DNA of 64,000 nucleotides from Chthonomonadales bacterium (GCA_037443035.1 JBBIPC010000008.1:73426-137425); one strand, 5' to 3'. Positions 20,584 through 32,114 are shown, numbered from the stretch's first letter. The notes: generated by a model from the sequence alone, not told the origin. Translations and numbers: made by a program.

Positions 20584-20641
20584 TCGCAGGATGGAGTGCT
20601 TGGGTCGGTCCGAGAATGGAACGCTCCCACCGCGCATGGGC

Positions 20642-21409
20642 ATGAGCGAAGAACGACCGGCAATCGAGTGCATTGGGCTGACGAAGCGCTATGGAGCGCT
20701 GACGGCGCTCGATGGGCTGGACCTTGCAGTGTACGAGGGAGAGCTTTTCGGCTTCCTTGGACCGAATGGTGCCGGCAAGACGACAACAATCAAACTCCTG
20801 ACGGGTCTGCTCCGTCCGACGGCCGGGTCTGCGAGAGTGCACGGCATTTCGGTTCAGGAACGACCTTTGGATGTCAAGCGAATCATCGGATACGTGCCCG
20901 ACAATCCGTTTCTGTATGAGAAGTTGACAGGGTGGGAATTCCTCAGCTTCATGGCAGACCTCTATTCCATGCCGCTCGCGGGGCGTGCCGAGCGGATGGA
21001 GGAACTTCTCAGCACGTTCGACCTTGCCGACAAGCGGGATCAGCTCATCCAGGGATACTCGCGCGGTATGCGGCAGAAGATCGCCTTGGCAGGAGCGCTC
21101 ATTCACGACCCCAAAGTGGTGTTCCTTGATGAGCCGACGGTTGGGCTGGATCCTAAGTCAGCTCGCCTCATGAAGGACGTCTTGCGAAGCCTTTGTCAGG
21201 CAGGTGGTACCGTATTCGTCTCCACGCACATCCTCGATGTGGCGGAGAGGATGTGCGACCGCTTTGGCATCATCAACCGCGGGAAGCTCATCGCCACAGG
21301 CACCATGGAAGACCTCCGGTCCCAAGCTGCTGGAGGAGGTTCGAGCCTCGAGGACATCTTCCTGGAGCTGACGGCTACGGACGATGATATGCCTGGAGCG
21401 CTGGTGTAA
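20642..21409 (+). CDS. ABC-2-type transporter ATP-binding protein
   Basis: GPNGAGKTT Walker A, YSRGMRQK signature, FLDEPTVGLDP Walker B, STH; start 20636 or 20642. Confidence 0.93.
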   Translation: MSEERPAIECIGLTKRYGALTALDGLDLAVYEGELFGFLGPNGAGKTTTIKLLTGLLRPTAGSARVHGISVQERPLDVKRIIGYVPDNPFLYEKLTGWEFLSFMADLYSMPLAGRAERMEELLSTFDLADKRDQLIQGYSRGMRQKIALAGALIHDPKVVFLDEPTVGLDPKSARLMKDVLRSLCQAGGTVFVSTHILDVAERMCDRFGIINRGKLIATGTMEDLRSQAAGGGSSLEDIFLELTATDDDMPGALV

Positions 21410-22305
21410 TGGAGAAACTGGGCGAGAAGGATCAACTAGTGCTCGCCATGATCCTGGTCGTGACGATGGCTGCAGTCCTGGTCATTGACGCTCTCCTCCT
21501 CGTAGTGTGGCTATGGGTAAGGGATGATGTGGTTGCGGGCAGGCGCAAGTCTCCGTTTGCCCCATCATGGAGCCTCGTGGATCCTTGGATCGGCGGTCAG
21601 ATCGCGTTCGGTACGCTCACCGGCGTTGCTGCCTTCGTTGGTATGATCGCCACAGCCACCTCACGCGGTGCTGGACACATCATGGACGCGGGATTCCTCG
21701 TAACTACGTTGATTGTCCAGAATGCACTGTTGGCGGCGGTGCCGCTCCATTACCTGACCTTTCGCTACCGCCTTCCGGTGAGTGCGATCGGTCTAGCATG
21801 GCCGCCTCGGCGGCGTCATCTCGCCATCGGCGTCGTATGGGGGCTCCTCATGCTCCTCGCTGGTGCCGCATTGGAGGCAGCAACCAGGTCTCTGGCAAGG
21901 TTCGTGGTGCCCACCCATGTGCTTCGCGTTCTGGAATCGCTGTCCGGGCTTACCGACGCATCGGCCATCATCGCAACGCTGCACGGGTCCTGGATCATGC
22001 TGGGATTGGTATGCGTAGGAGTTGCAGTGGCCGTACCCCTGGGAGAGGAGCTGTTCTTCCGGGGGTTCGTGCACAACTGCGCTCGAAGGCGACTAGGACC
22101 TCTATTCGGGAGTCTGGTCAGTGCAGGGGCATTCGCCCTGGTGCATGCAAACCCGATGACATTGCCAGCCGTGTTCGCCATGGGCATCATGATGGCAGTA
22201 GCCTACGACCGCAGCGGATCGCTCTGGGTACCCATCGTCATGCACGGTGTGAACAACGGGATGTTGACGCTCGTTCTTCTCGCGGGTTGGGGGAAGGCAT
22301 CATGA
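21409..22305 (+). CDS. CPBP (Abi/CAAX type II) intramembrane glutamic protease
   Basis: EELFFRG, FALVH and HGVNN motifs; multiple TM helices; TAATG overlap with the ABC gene. Confidence 0.92.
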   Translation: MEKLGEKDQLVLAMILVVTMAAVLVIDALLLVVWLWVRDDVVAGRRKSPFAPSWSLVDPWIGGQIAFGTLTGVAAFVGMIATATSRGAGHIMDAGFLVTTLIVQNALLAAVPLHYLTFRYRLPVSAIGLAWPPRRRHLAIGVVWGLLMLLAGAALEAATRSLARFVVPTHVLRVLESLSGLTDASAIIATLHGSWIMLGLVCVGVAVAVPLGEELFFRGFVHNCARRRLGPLFGSLVSAGAFALVHANPMTLPAVFAMGIMMAVAYDRSGSLWVPIVMHGVNNGMLTLVLLAGWGKAS

Positions 22306-23123
22306 CATGGTTGCGGCTCCACAGAGCCGCCACGATCGTCTGCATCTTGCTCTCGCTGGTCGGTTGTGGTCGCGTGGAGGAGATGATGCGCGGACGTCCG
22401 GATGAGTTCGTTGCCGCGCAGGAGCAGATGCGGCGTGGCGATGTACAAGCAGCGTCGAAGTCTCTCGAGGCAGGTATCGCAATAAGACCAAAGGACCATG
22501 CGGTCTATGCCGCTGCGGCGCAACTGTGTTTGGCTGAAGGTAGACCCGAGATTGCCATCAAGTATGCGGAGCGCGGCCTCGGTCTATCGGGGAAGCCGTC
22601 TGCAGACATCCAAGCGCGCCTGCACAGCCTCAAGGGAATGGCGCTCCTGGAATTGGGTGATGCGAAAGGCTCGATAGCATCCCATCGAGCGGCCCTCGAG
22701 TTGATGCCGGACGAGCCGCATTATATGAACAACCTCGCTTACGCGCTGGCCGAGGCGGCCGAGAGCGATGCCGCATTGGCGGAGTCCGAGAGGCTGGTCA
22801 ACGAAGCCATTGAACGTGCGGTGGTGGCGCAGGCAGGTGCTGAAACCCTCGGCGTCTTCCTGGACACACTCGGATGGGCCCAGTTTCGGAGCGGCGACCT
22901 TCGGCGCGCCAGTGTGAACCTGACCCAAGCAGCGGACCTCGTTCCAGACGAACCGGAAGTTCTGTTTCACTTGGCGAGCGTCCGGCTGGCTGAAGGCCGG
23001 CGTGATGACGCCGTGATCTGGCTGAAGCGCGCTCTGAAGCTGCGGCCCGCCATGGCCAAGGCGCGACGCCTGCTCGAAGAGATCAGTCCTCGGCCAGTAC
23101 CGCGGCTCCAGTCCCCTCGCTAG
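22302..23123 (+). CDS. TPR-repeat lipoprotein
   Basis: Start ATG 22302 overlaps the upstream stop; lipobox LVG-C; TPR-like helices, NNLAY, LDTLGW. Confidence 0.8.
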   Translation: MTWLRLHRAATIVCILLSLVGCGRVEEMMRGRPDEFVAAQEQMRRGDVQAASKSLEAGIAIRPKDHAVYAAAAQLCLAEGRPEIAIKYAERGLGLSGKPSADIQARLHSLKGMALLELGDAKGSIASHRAALELMPDEPHYMNNLAYALAEAAESDAALAESERLVNEAIERAVVAQAGAETLGVFLDTLGWAQFRSGDLRRASVNLTQAADLVPDEPEVLFHLASVRLAEGRRDDAVIWLKRALKLRPAMAKARRLLEEISPRPVPRLQSPR

Positions 23124-23222
23124 GTAGGCGATCCTGGCGGGTGTGGTGCGCTGTTCCTGCAACGGCTGTCGCCTGCGGGCTCATTCTCGGGACACCAGTA
23201 CCCTTGCGTGATCGTCTCGGTG

Positions 23223-25673
23223 TCAGGACTCTGCGTGTACCTGCTCGGGATGTGTGACTGGTAGCATGATAGTGAAGGTAGCGCCCTCGCCCGGCTTGCC
23301 CTCGGCAGTGACAGTGCCGCCGTGACGTGTTGCGATCTTGCGGACAATGGCGAGGCCCATGCCCGTTCCCTCGAACCGTTCGCGGCCGTGCAGCCTCTCG
23401 AACACTCCGAAGATCCGTTCCGCGTATTGGTTGTCGAAGCCGATGCCATTGTCGGCCACGACCAGCTTGCACCACTTGCGGCCGTCTAGCTCCAACTCTT
23501 CCGCCGTGATTCGTACGACGGGTGGGACGCCCTCGCGACGAAACTTCAGGGCGTTGCCGATGAGGTTCTGGAAAAGCTGACGCATCTGCATGGGGTCTAC
23601 TTCGATGGTCGGCAGACCGTCTGTCTCGACGCGGCCACCGGACACGGTCAGGCGGTTTTCGAGATCGCTGAGAACCCCGTGGAGAACCTCATTGAGGTCC
23701 GTTGGCTCGAAAGGCCGCGCCCGCGTCGTAACCCGTGAGTAGGTCAGCAGGTCCTCTATGAGCGTCTGCATCCTGCCGACAGCACCCATGACCCGGTCGA
23801 GATAGTCTTTCCCCTCTGGCGGCAGTGCATCCGCGTACTTGCGCACGAGCCTGTCTGCGAAGGCGCTGATCTTACGGAGGGGCTCCTGGAGGTCATGGGA
23901 CGCAACGGACGCGAAGTCCTGGAGCTCTCGATTGCTGCGTTCCAGTTCTTGCCTGAATGCCTCGGCCTTTGCCTCGGCTGCCACGCGCTCCGTCACGTCA
24001 TAGGCCACGACGAGGCGGCACCGTCGGCCCTCTACCACGACGGGGATGGAAGTGGTATCCACCGCCAGGTCACGGCCGGACTTGGTCCTGTAGTGCACGG
24101 CCTGCCGGTGGCGTACCCCCGTTTCGCGGGAGATGCTAGCCCGCAAGGTCTCCGCATCCTCTCCTGGACGGATGTCCGGAACCGTGAGGTTCAGAAACTC
24201 GCTGCGACTGAAGCCGTAGTGCTTCAATGCAGCTTCGTTCACATCCACGAAGCGCAGTGTCTCGACATCGTAGACCCAGCACGGCACAGGGTTGAGCGAG
24301 AAGAACTCGTAGTACCGCTGTCGGCTTTCAGCTAGCTCCTCCTGAACCCGTTTCAGAGTTGTGATGTCCGTCACGCTCTCGATGAGGTAGGTACGGCCTC
24401 CGACTTGGAACGGCTTCACGCTCTTCAGAACTGGTACTTCCGTACCGTCGGGCCGCCGCACCGTACGTTCCGCGTTGTCCACGACGTTGCCCAGGTCGGT
24501 CACCGGGCAGCGGCCCCGTTCGGCTGGGCATACGCAGTCATGGCAGGGATGTCCGACGATCTGGTCTCGCTCGACCCCTGCGATGGCGAGCATGGCGGGA
24601 TTCGCATCTACAACCAGGTGTGTTTCGCCGTCGACAAGGAAGATACCGGACTGCACCGTGTTGAGGATGCCCTGCAAGCGCTGTTCGCTGGCTTCCAACG
24701 CCTCGCGCTGCTCCATTGCTGTCCTGAGGACTCCAGCGATCGGGCCGAACTCCCCTTTGTCGTGGAGCAACGTCCGTACCGGCTCGATGCTCTGCTCTCG
24801 CAACGCCTGAGTGATGCTGTGCAGCGGACGCGTGATCCATGCGTTGAGAGCAAGGAGCACGATGCCGTAGAGTGCCGCGGCGAAGATGCCAAGGGTCCAG
24901 CGAAGCCGCGTGTCGGCAGCCGCAATGGCCGCCGCCTCCCGAACGGTTCCGGTTAGCTCGAGATACGCGATGGTCTTACCTTCGTAATCCGTCAGAGGAA
25001 GAAACGTACGGAATGATGCTGGGGATAGTCGGTCGTTCTGGCTACCAGTGCCTGCCCGGGAGGCAACGAGGCGGATTCTGCAGTCAGCTGTCTTACCCAG
25101 CTGCGCAGCGTCCTTTTCCGTCCAAAGGTGTACGGATACGAGGTAGCCGGTGTAGGGGCCGGTCCGATGCGGGTCATTGGAGTAGTGGATGCGGCCACCG
25201 CGTATCTCCGCCAGCCCAAGTGGTGTCTGTAACCAGAAACTCGTGAATGGCTGCGTCGAGAGCCTCTCCTGCACGACTGCTGAACTCACCGGAAGCGAGC
25301 CAGGCAAACGAGAGCCGGGCCGCACCCTAGCATACACGGTGCGCAGTTTCCGATTCAGTACCCAGATGGCTTCGCACGGCACCGCATCGAAGGTGCTGTC
25401 CAAGTTGTCCACCGCCCATTGCTTGTCCGGCTTGATGACGTAGTTGGCCAGTTCATCCCACCACGTATAGTCAGCGATGAAGTTGGCGAACTTCGCGCGG
25501 TCGAGACCCGTCAGGCGGTCTATGTCGGCAGCAGCCAGGCTCCTGTTCGCGGCCCTCGACACAAGATCCTGAACGCGCCGACCCTGCAGACCTCCCACCA
25601 CCGATAGCGTCACCACGAAGACGATGGCTAGCCCCACGAAGAGATACGCCAGACGAATCCGAACGGATACCAT
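23223..25673 (-). CDS. Membrane sensor histidine kinase (CHASE4-like, HAMP-like, 2x PAS, HisKA, HATPase)
   Basis: Two TMs flanking DYTWWDE (CHASE4-like); two PAS domains; FASVASHDLQEPLR H-box; NLIGNALKF, DNGIG, GTGMGL. Confidence 0.92.
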   Translation of the reverse strand: MVSVRIRLAYLFVGLAIVFVVTLSVVGGLQGRRVQDLVSRAANRSLAAADIDRLTGLDRAKFANFIADYTWWDELANYVIKPDKQWAVDNLDSTFDAVPCEAIWVLNRKLRTVYARVRPGSRLPGSLPVSSAVVQERLSTQPFTSFWLQTPLGLAEIRGGRIHYSNDPHRTGPYTGYLVSVHLWTEKDAAQLGKTADCRIRLVASRAGTGSQNDRLSPASFRTFLPLTDYEGKTIAYLELTGTVREAAAIAAADTRLRWTLGIFAAALYGIVLLALNAWITRPLHSITQALREQSIEPVRTLLHDKGEFGPIAGVLRTAMEQREALEASEQRLQGILNTVQSGIFLVDGETHLVVDANPAMLAIAGVERDQIVGHPCHDCVCPAERGRCPVTDLGNVVDNAERTVRRPDGTEVPVLKSVKPFQVGGRTYLIESVTDITTLKRVQEELAESRQRYYEFFSLNPVPCWVYDVETLRFVDVNEAALKHYGFSRSEFLNLTVPDIRPGEDAETLRASISRETGVRHRQAVHYRTKSGRDLAVDTTSIPVVVEGRRCRLVVAYDVTERVAAEAKAEAFRQELERSNRELQDFASVASHDLQEPLRKISAFADRLVRKYADALPPEGKDYLDRVMGAVGRMQTLIEDLLTYSRVTTRARPFEPTDLNEVLHGVLSDLENRLTVSGGRVETDGLPTIEVDPMQMRQLFQNLIGNALKFRREGVPPVVRITAEELELDGRKWCKLVVADNGIGFDNQYAERIFGVFERLHGRERFEGTGMGLAIVRKIATRHGGTVTAEGKPGEGATFTIMLPVTHPEQVHAES

Positions 25674-25792
25674 TCACTTCGCCTCCCACATCGCGATGAT
25701 GCGTGACCAGTAATGCCAGCAAGAATCGCCAGGACTAGCTCAGGCGCGCGAGCCTTGAGTAGTCCAAGACTTGAGACAGGTTCTGCAATGTC

Positions 25793-27277
25793 CTAGATGG
25801 TGAGCAGTGCAAGGAAGTTGCGGTATGGCTCTTCCCATTGCTCCGTTGCCTGTGGCAGGTACTCGGTAAGCGGGAAGGACCTGCCGATCAAGGACCGCGC
25901 CTCCTGGAGGGAGCCTATGGTGCCAGTGGCGATCGCCTGAATGACTACGTTGCCCAGAGCTGTTGCTTCCACCGGACCCGCAAGGACGCGCTTGCCTGTG
26001 GCGTCTGCGGTCGCCTGACAGAGCATGGCGTTACGGCTCCCTCCGCCGATGATATGGATTGTTCGTATGAGCGTGCCGGTGACCTCCTCGAGGCGCTCGA
26101 CGACCCACCGGTACTTGAGGGCGAGGCCTTCGATGATTGTCCTCACCATCGAAGCCACACTGGCCGGCGGTTGCTGACCCGTTCTGACGCAGTAGGCTCG
26201 AATGGCTTCCGGCATGTCCGGCGGCTTGAGGAAGCTGGCATCGTCAGGATCCACCAGGGCCGCGAACGGAGGCGCTTCCGCTGCCATCTGCGCGAGTTGG
26301 CCGTATTCATAGGTCTGTCCCGAACGCGCCCAGGCCTGGCGGCTTTGCTGCAGTAACCACAAGCCCATCACATTGCGTAGAAGCCGGAACGTTTCGCGAA
26401 CGCCGCCTTCGTTCGTCAGGTTGCATGCCAGCGTTCTCTCGTTGATGACCGGCTCGGGCCACTCCACACCGACAAGCGACCAGGTTCCACAGCTCACATA
26501 TGCCCAGCCATTTTCTCCGGACGCTGGCACCGCTGCAACTGCAGATCCTGTGTCGTGCGTTGCAGGTGCGATCACCCGCACGGACCCCGCTCCAGTCTGC
26601 TCGCGAACCGTGCTATGCAGCTCACCAAGCACCGTGCCAGGTGGGACGATGCTGCCAAGGAAGTGAGTGGGAATGCCCAACTGTTCGAGCATGTCGGACG
26701 CCCAGCTCCGTTTGCAGGGATCGTAGAACTGCGTCGTGGTAGCGTTGGTGAACTCGTTGACCTTCACTCCCGTGAGCCAGAAGTTGATCAGATCCGGGGT
26801 CATGAGGAAGCTTCTCGCAACATCCAAGAGGGGGGAGCCCGCGAGGCGCATTGCCATGAGTTGGTAGAGCGAGTTCAGCTGCATGAACTGAATACCGGTG
26901 CGCCTGTAGACCTCCTCGCGTGGAACGATAGCGAACACCTGCTCCATGACACCGTCTGTTCGGGCATCACGGTAGTGGTAGGGCAGGCCCAACACATCGT
27001 CGTTCCTGTCCAGCAACGCGAAGTCCACGCCCCAGGTGTCCACGCCGATCCCGTGCAGCTCTCCAGCGTGCTCTCGCAGGCACCGGGCTAGACCAGCCTG
27101 AATCTCTGCGAAGAGACGGACGGTATCCCAGTGGAAACGGTTCAGAATGCGCTGCGGCTCGTTGGGAAATCGGTGCACCTCCTCGAGTTGGATAGAGCCA
27201 TCTCCCACCGTTCCGAGCAGGGCGCGCCCGCTCTCGGCACCCAGGTCGAAAGTAAGGTATCTCGCTCCGTTGGCCAT
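25793..27277 (-). CDS. rhaB: Rhamnulokinase-like FGGY carbohydrate kinase
   Basis: DLGAESGR, GVDTWGVDF, YRDART, TGIQFM..NSLYQL, HDTGSAV, SCGTWSLVG, TNEGG, GPVEATALGN; RBS GGAGG. Confidence 0.88.
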   Translation of the reverse strand: MANGARYLTFDLGAESGRALLGTVGDGSIQLEEVHRFPNEPQRILNRFHWDTVRLFAEIQAGLARCLREHAGELHGIGVDTWGVDFALLDRNDDVLGLPYHYRDARTDGVMEQVFAIVPREEVYRRTGIQFMQLNSLYQLMAMRLAGSPLLDVARSFLMTPDLINFWLTGVKVNEFTNATTTQFYDPCKRSWASDMLEQLGIPTHFLGSIVPPGTVLGELHSTVREQTGAGSVRVIAPATHDTGSAVAAVPASGENGWAYVSCGTWSLVGVEWPEPVINERTLACNLTNEGGVRETFRLLRNVMGLWLLQQSRQAWARSGQTYEYGQLAQMAAEAPPFAALVDPDDASFLKPPDMPEAIRAYCVRTGQQPPASVASMVRTIIEGLALKYRWVVERLEEVTGTLIRTIHIIGGGSRNAMLCQATADATGKRVLAGPVEATALGNVVIQAIATGTIGSLQEARSLIGRSFPLTEYLPQATEQWEEPYRNFLALLTI

Positions 27278-27377
27278 GCGTATTACCTCCGCGCGTGCCG
27301 GCTACGCTCCGGCTGCCAACAGTATTCCGCGTGCACCTGCGGAAGTCCTGCACCACCGGGCTGTACACAGAACCGGA

Positions 27378-27413
27378 GAAGAAAGAAGCCGCCAGTCCTT
27401 GCGAACCGGCGGC
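27378..27413 (-). terminator. Intrinsic terminator after the Met/Gln-rich gene
   Basis: Minus strand GCCGCCGGTTC-GCAA-GGACTGGCGGC stem-loop followed by TTCTTTCTT. Confidence 0.7.
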
Positions 27414-27439
27414 ACTGCGAGCCGAAGATCACACTCGGG

Positions 27440-28330
27440 TCATGGCCGGCCTGGTGGAGTGCCCCCGGGGCCGCCGAACTGCTGTCCAAGCTGCTGACCC
27501 ATCTGCATCATCTCCTGCATAAAGCGCTGACGCTGGTCTTGAGGCATATTCGCCCACATTTCCATGCTACTGCGAACCAGTCCGCCCACCATTTCCATCC
27601 GCACGCCTGGGTCCATCTGCATGAACATCTGCATGCCGGCCTGCATCATATTCCCTATCAGCCGCGAGCGCGTCTGCGGATCCAACCCCATGAGCATCTG
27701 CATGCCCTGTGCCATGGCCGACGCCAGGGTGTCTGGGTCCATCTGCATCATGAGCTCCATCTGCTGGCGCTGCAGATCCAGGAACTTGTCCTGGATGTTC
27801 GACCCAGAGCCGCCTCCCACGGTGTTATAGATCACGTAGACGGGCGTCGGCTCGAAGTTGAGCGATCGAAGCTCTTCGGCGAAGCCTGGCAGGACGGGCA
27901 GATTCTTCTGGAGTGACGTCGCGCGACGTGTACCGGGGTTCTCCAGGACGAGGCCGCCCGTCTCCAGAATATCCACAGCACGCACCATGGCGGCCAGACG
28001 CGCGGCAGGTATGCCCGAGCCAGCCTCCGACTTCGTGAGGTAGACCTTGCGCCACGCGACGCCCTTCACGCCTTCCGTGAGTCGCACGATAGCTTCGTCC
28101 ACCGCCCTGACCTGACCGATCTCGGCCGGTGGAGCGGGCAGGAAGATGGCCGGATCCACGACGATGCGGACCTGGTAGTCCTTGGCCAGCTTCTCCACTA
28201 CTGCGGTGAGTTCGGGTGTGTAGCTGCGAGGCGGCTGCGGCCGTCCCTGCCGCTGCTGAGCGAACGATGCAGTGGCAGCGAACAGGCAGCAGAGCAAGGC
28301 CGCGGCAAGGAATGGAATGCGTTTGGTCAC
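27440..28330 (-). CDS. Secreted hypothetical protein with a Met/Gln-rich repetitive C-terminus
   Basis: GTG 28330 preceded by AAGGGGAG; signal peptide KRIPFLAAALLCCLFAATASFA; repeated M..MDP units; downstream terminator. Confidence 0.8.
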   Translation of the reverse strand: MTKRIPFLAAALLCCLFAATASFAQQRQGRPQPPRSYTPELTAVVEKLAKDYQVRIVVDPAIFLPAPPAEIGQVRAVDEAIVRLTEGVKGVAWRKVYLTKSEAGSGIPAARLAAMVRAVDILETGGLVLENPGTRRATSLQKNLPVLPGFAEELRSLNFEPTPVYVIYNTVGGGSGSNIQDKFLDLQRQQMELMMQMDPDTLASAMAQGMQMLMGLDPQTRSRLIGNMMQAGMQMFMQMDPGVRMEMVGGLVRSSMEMWANMPQDQRQRFMQEMMQMGQQLGQQFGGPGGTPPGRP

Positions 28331-28395
28331 AATATGCTCCCCTTCGCGAGGTTGTGTGGTCATCAGTATGACGCAAGAAGGTGTTCGAACGTTTC

Positions 28396-28631
28396 GGGGG
28401 ATCCGGGGGAAGATCCGCGAGCGCCGAAGATAGGAACACCGGGAGAGCAAACTCTCGCTAAGCGCATTCTCTGCGCCTTGAGTACCGTCGGAGCCGTCAT
28501 CGCTCCAGCGGAGCGCGCGGACTCGGCGACCATCTCAGAGAGTACCGCTCTCCCGGCTCGTGTCCGCCAGAGTGTCGGGCGGCGTCATGCCGTCGGCCCT
28601 CCTTTGCGGGTGACTCCTCCCGCGCGACCCC
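28396..28631 (-). ncRNA. Candidate structured RNA / 5' leader, family unknown
   Basis: Nested complementary segments including perfect CCGGGAGAGC/GCTCTCCCGG (28439-28448 with 28547-28556); G-U pairs work only on the minus strand; promoter-like element upstream. Confidence 0.4.
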
Positions 28632-28659
28632 TTGTCCGCAGCGAGGATGTCACAACACT

Positions 28660-28688
28660 ATTTTCCTATACGAATGGCGGATTGTCAA
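28660..28688 (-). promoter_or_regulatory. Putative sigma70 promoter for the structured leader and 28330 gene
   Basis: Minus strand TTGACA-N17-GAAAAT. Confidence 0.45.
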
Positions 28689-28815
28689 GGTCTCATCGGC
28701 AGAGTCCACTTGCTCGTGGCAGTCAAGTCCAGCGAAACCGCGGGACCACAGCAGACGTAGTCGTTTCGATAGACATGACGTCGTTCACGCATAGGCCCTA
28801 CATAGGAGCGCTTCC

Positions 28816-28989
28816 ATGGGCAACGCAACACTAGGTCGGATCTTCCTCTTGGCAGTCGCCATTGTGATCGCATTCGCCGTCCTGCAATGGATCATCAAGA
28901 ACCTGCTTGGGATGATCATTGCCGTGGCGATCGTCGCCGGCATTCTCTACCTGATCCTCAATGCAGCGGGAAGGCGGCGCAGCCTCTAG
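28816..28989 (+). CDS. Small 57-aa two-TM membrane protein (not in the ORF track)
   Basis: AGGAG RBS 7 nt upstream; MGNATLGRIFLLAVAIVIAFAVLQWIIKNLLGMIIAVAIVAGILYLILNAAGRRRSL. Confidence 0.75.
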   Translation: MGNATLGRIFLLAVAIVIAFAVLQWIIKNLLGMIIAVAIVAGILYLILNAAGRRRSL

Positions 28990-29023
28990 CGACCGGAACC
29001 GGCACAGCGATTGCCGGAGACGA

Positions 29024-29938
29024 TCAACTGCCGAGAAGGTCAGTCAGAGCGGATTCGACGCGCGGATAGCTCCAGGAGAACCCAGCGCGAGATGCAACGT
29101 CGGGAACGACGCGCTGGCTTGACAGCACGACGTCGGCCATTTCGCCGAGCAGCAGACGCAAAGCCAAGGCCGGTACACGCAGTATGGCGGGCCGACGCAG
29201 TATCCGTCCCAGGGTCTGGACGAACTCGCGCATCCGCACTGGATGAGGAGCACAGAGGTTCACGGGGCCCGAGATCTCTTGGTTTTCCATAGCCCACAGG
29301 ATCATCCGGACTTCATCCGTCAAGTGAATCCACGGCATCCACTGCATTCCACTACCGAGCGAACCCCCGGCATAGTATCGGAACGGCGTAGCCATACGCT
29401 GAAGCACACCGCCGTGGCGGGCAAGGACGATCCCAGTTCGCAGCAGGACAACCCTGGCTCCCAGCTCAGCAGCTCTGGTGGCTTCAGCTTCCCAATCCGC
29501 ACATAGCTCCGGCAGGAATCCATCACCGCGCCGACAGGTCTCGGTGACGGCCGCTTCGCCGCAGTCGCCATAATAACCCACGGCCGACGCGTTCAACAGA
29601 ACGCCACCCTGCCGCTGCGTGTCACGCCAGGCACGGACGAGCGCGTGCGTTGTCTCCAGCCTGCTGCTTCGAATGCGCTGCTTCGCGGCAGCATTCCATC
29701 GCTGAGCATCGAGGGGTTCGCCAGCCAGATTGACGACTGCATCTGCATCGGCAACGGCTTCCTCCCAATCGCCTGCTGCCGCGATGTCCCAGTGGAGGAA
29801 ACGAATGGAGGAAGGCAAGACGCTCCGCGCTGCTCCGACAGACCGCACAAGCGCGGTGACCTCCTGGCCAGTCTCTACCAACGTGCGGCATAGCTCGCTG
29901 CCGATGAGGCCTGTAGCCCCTGCTACTACAACGCGCAT
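29024..29938 (-). CDS. TIGR01777/YfcH-type NAD-dependent epimerase family protein
   Basis: AGATGLIG, VVNLAGE, SAVGYYG, WE.EA, RTGIVL, GSG.QWMPWIH. Confidence 0.92.
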   Translation of the reverse strand: MRVVVAGATGLIGSELCRTLVETGQEVTALVRSVGAARSVLPSSIRFLHWDIAAAGDWEEAVADADAVVNLAGEPLDAQRWNAAAKQRIRSSRLETTHALVRAWRDTQRQGGVLLNASAVGYYGDCGEAAVTETCRRGDGFLPELCADWEAEATRAAELGARVVLLRTGIVLARHGGVLQRMATPFRYYAGGSLGSGMQWMPWIHLTDEVRMILWAMENQEISGPVNLCAPHPVRMREFVQTLGRILRRPAILRVPALALRLLLGEMADVVLSSQRVVPDVASRAGFSWSYPRVESALTDLLGS

Positions 29939-30012
29939 AGGACTCTCCCCTGGAACCGGTGGCGCTACGTCTCCCTCGGCAAGCTCGCCTTCAGACCGGG
30001 TGCCACGTTCCT

Positions 30013-32110
<2,098 letters not shown>

Positions 32111-32114
<4 letters not shown>

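Noticed and set aside
28405..28460. Glycine riboswitch-like words (CGCCGAAG, GGAGAG, AAACTCTC) on the plus strand
   Set aside because: Order and the CTCTCAGG end do not fit the aptamer, and there is no suitable downstream gene on that strand
28585..28640. c-di-GMP-I riboswitch-like CGCAAAG on the minus strand
   Set aside because: Lacks the GNRA-capped P2 stem and tetraloop receptor of the consensus
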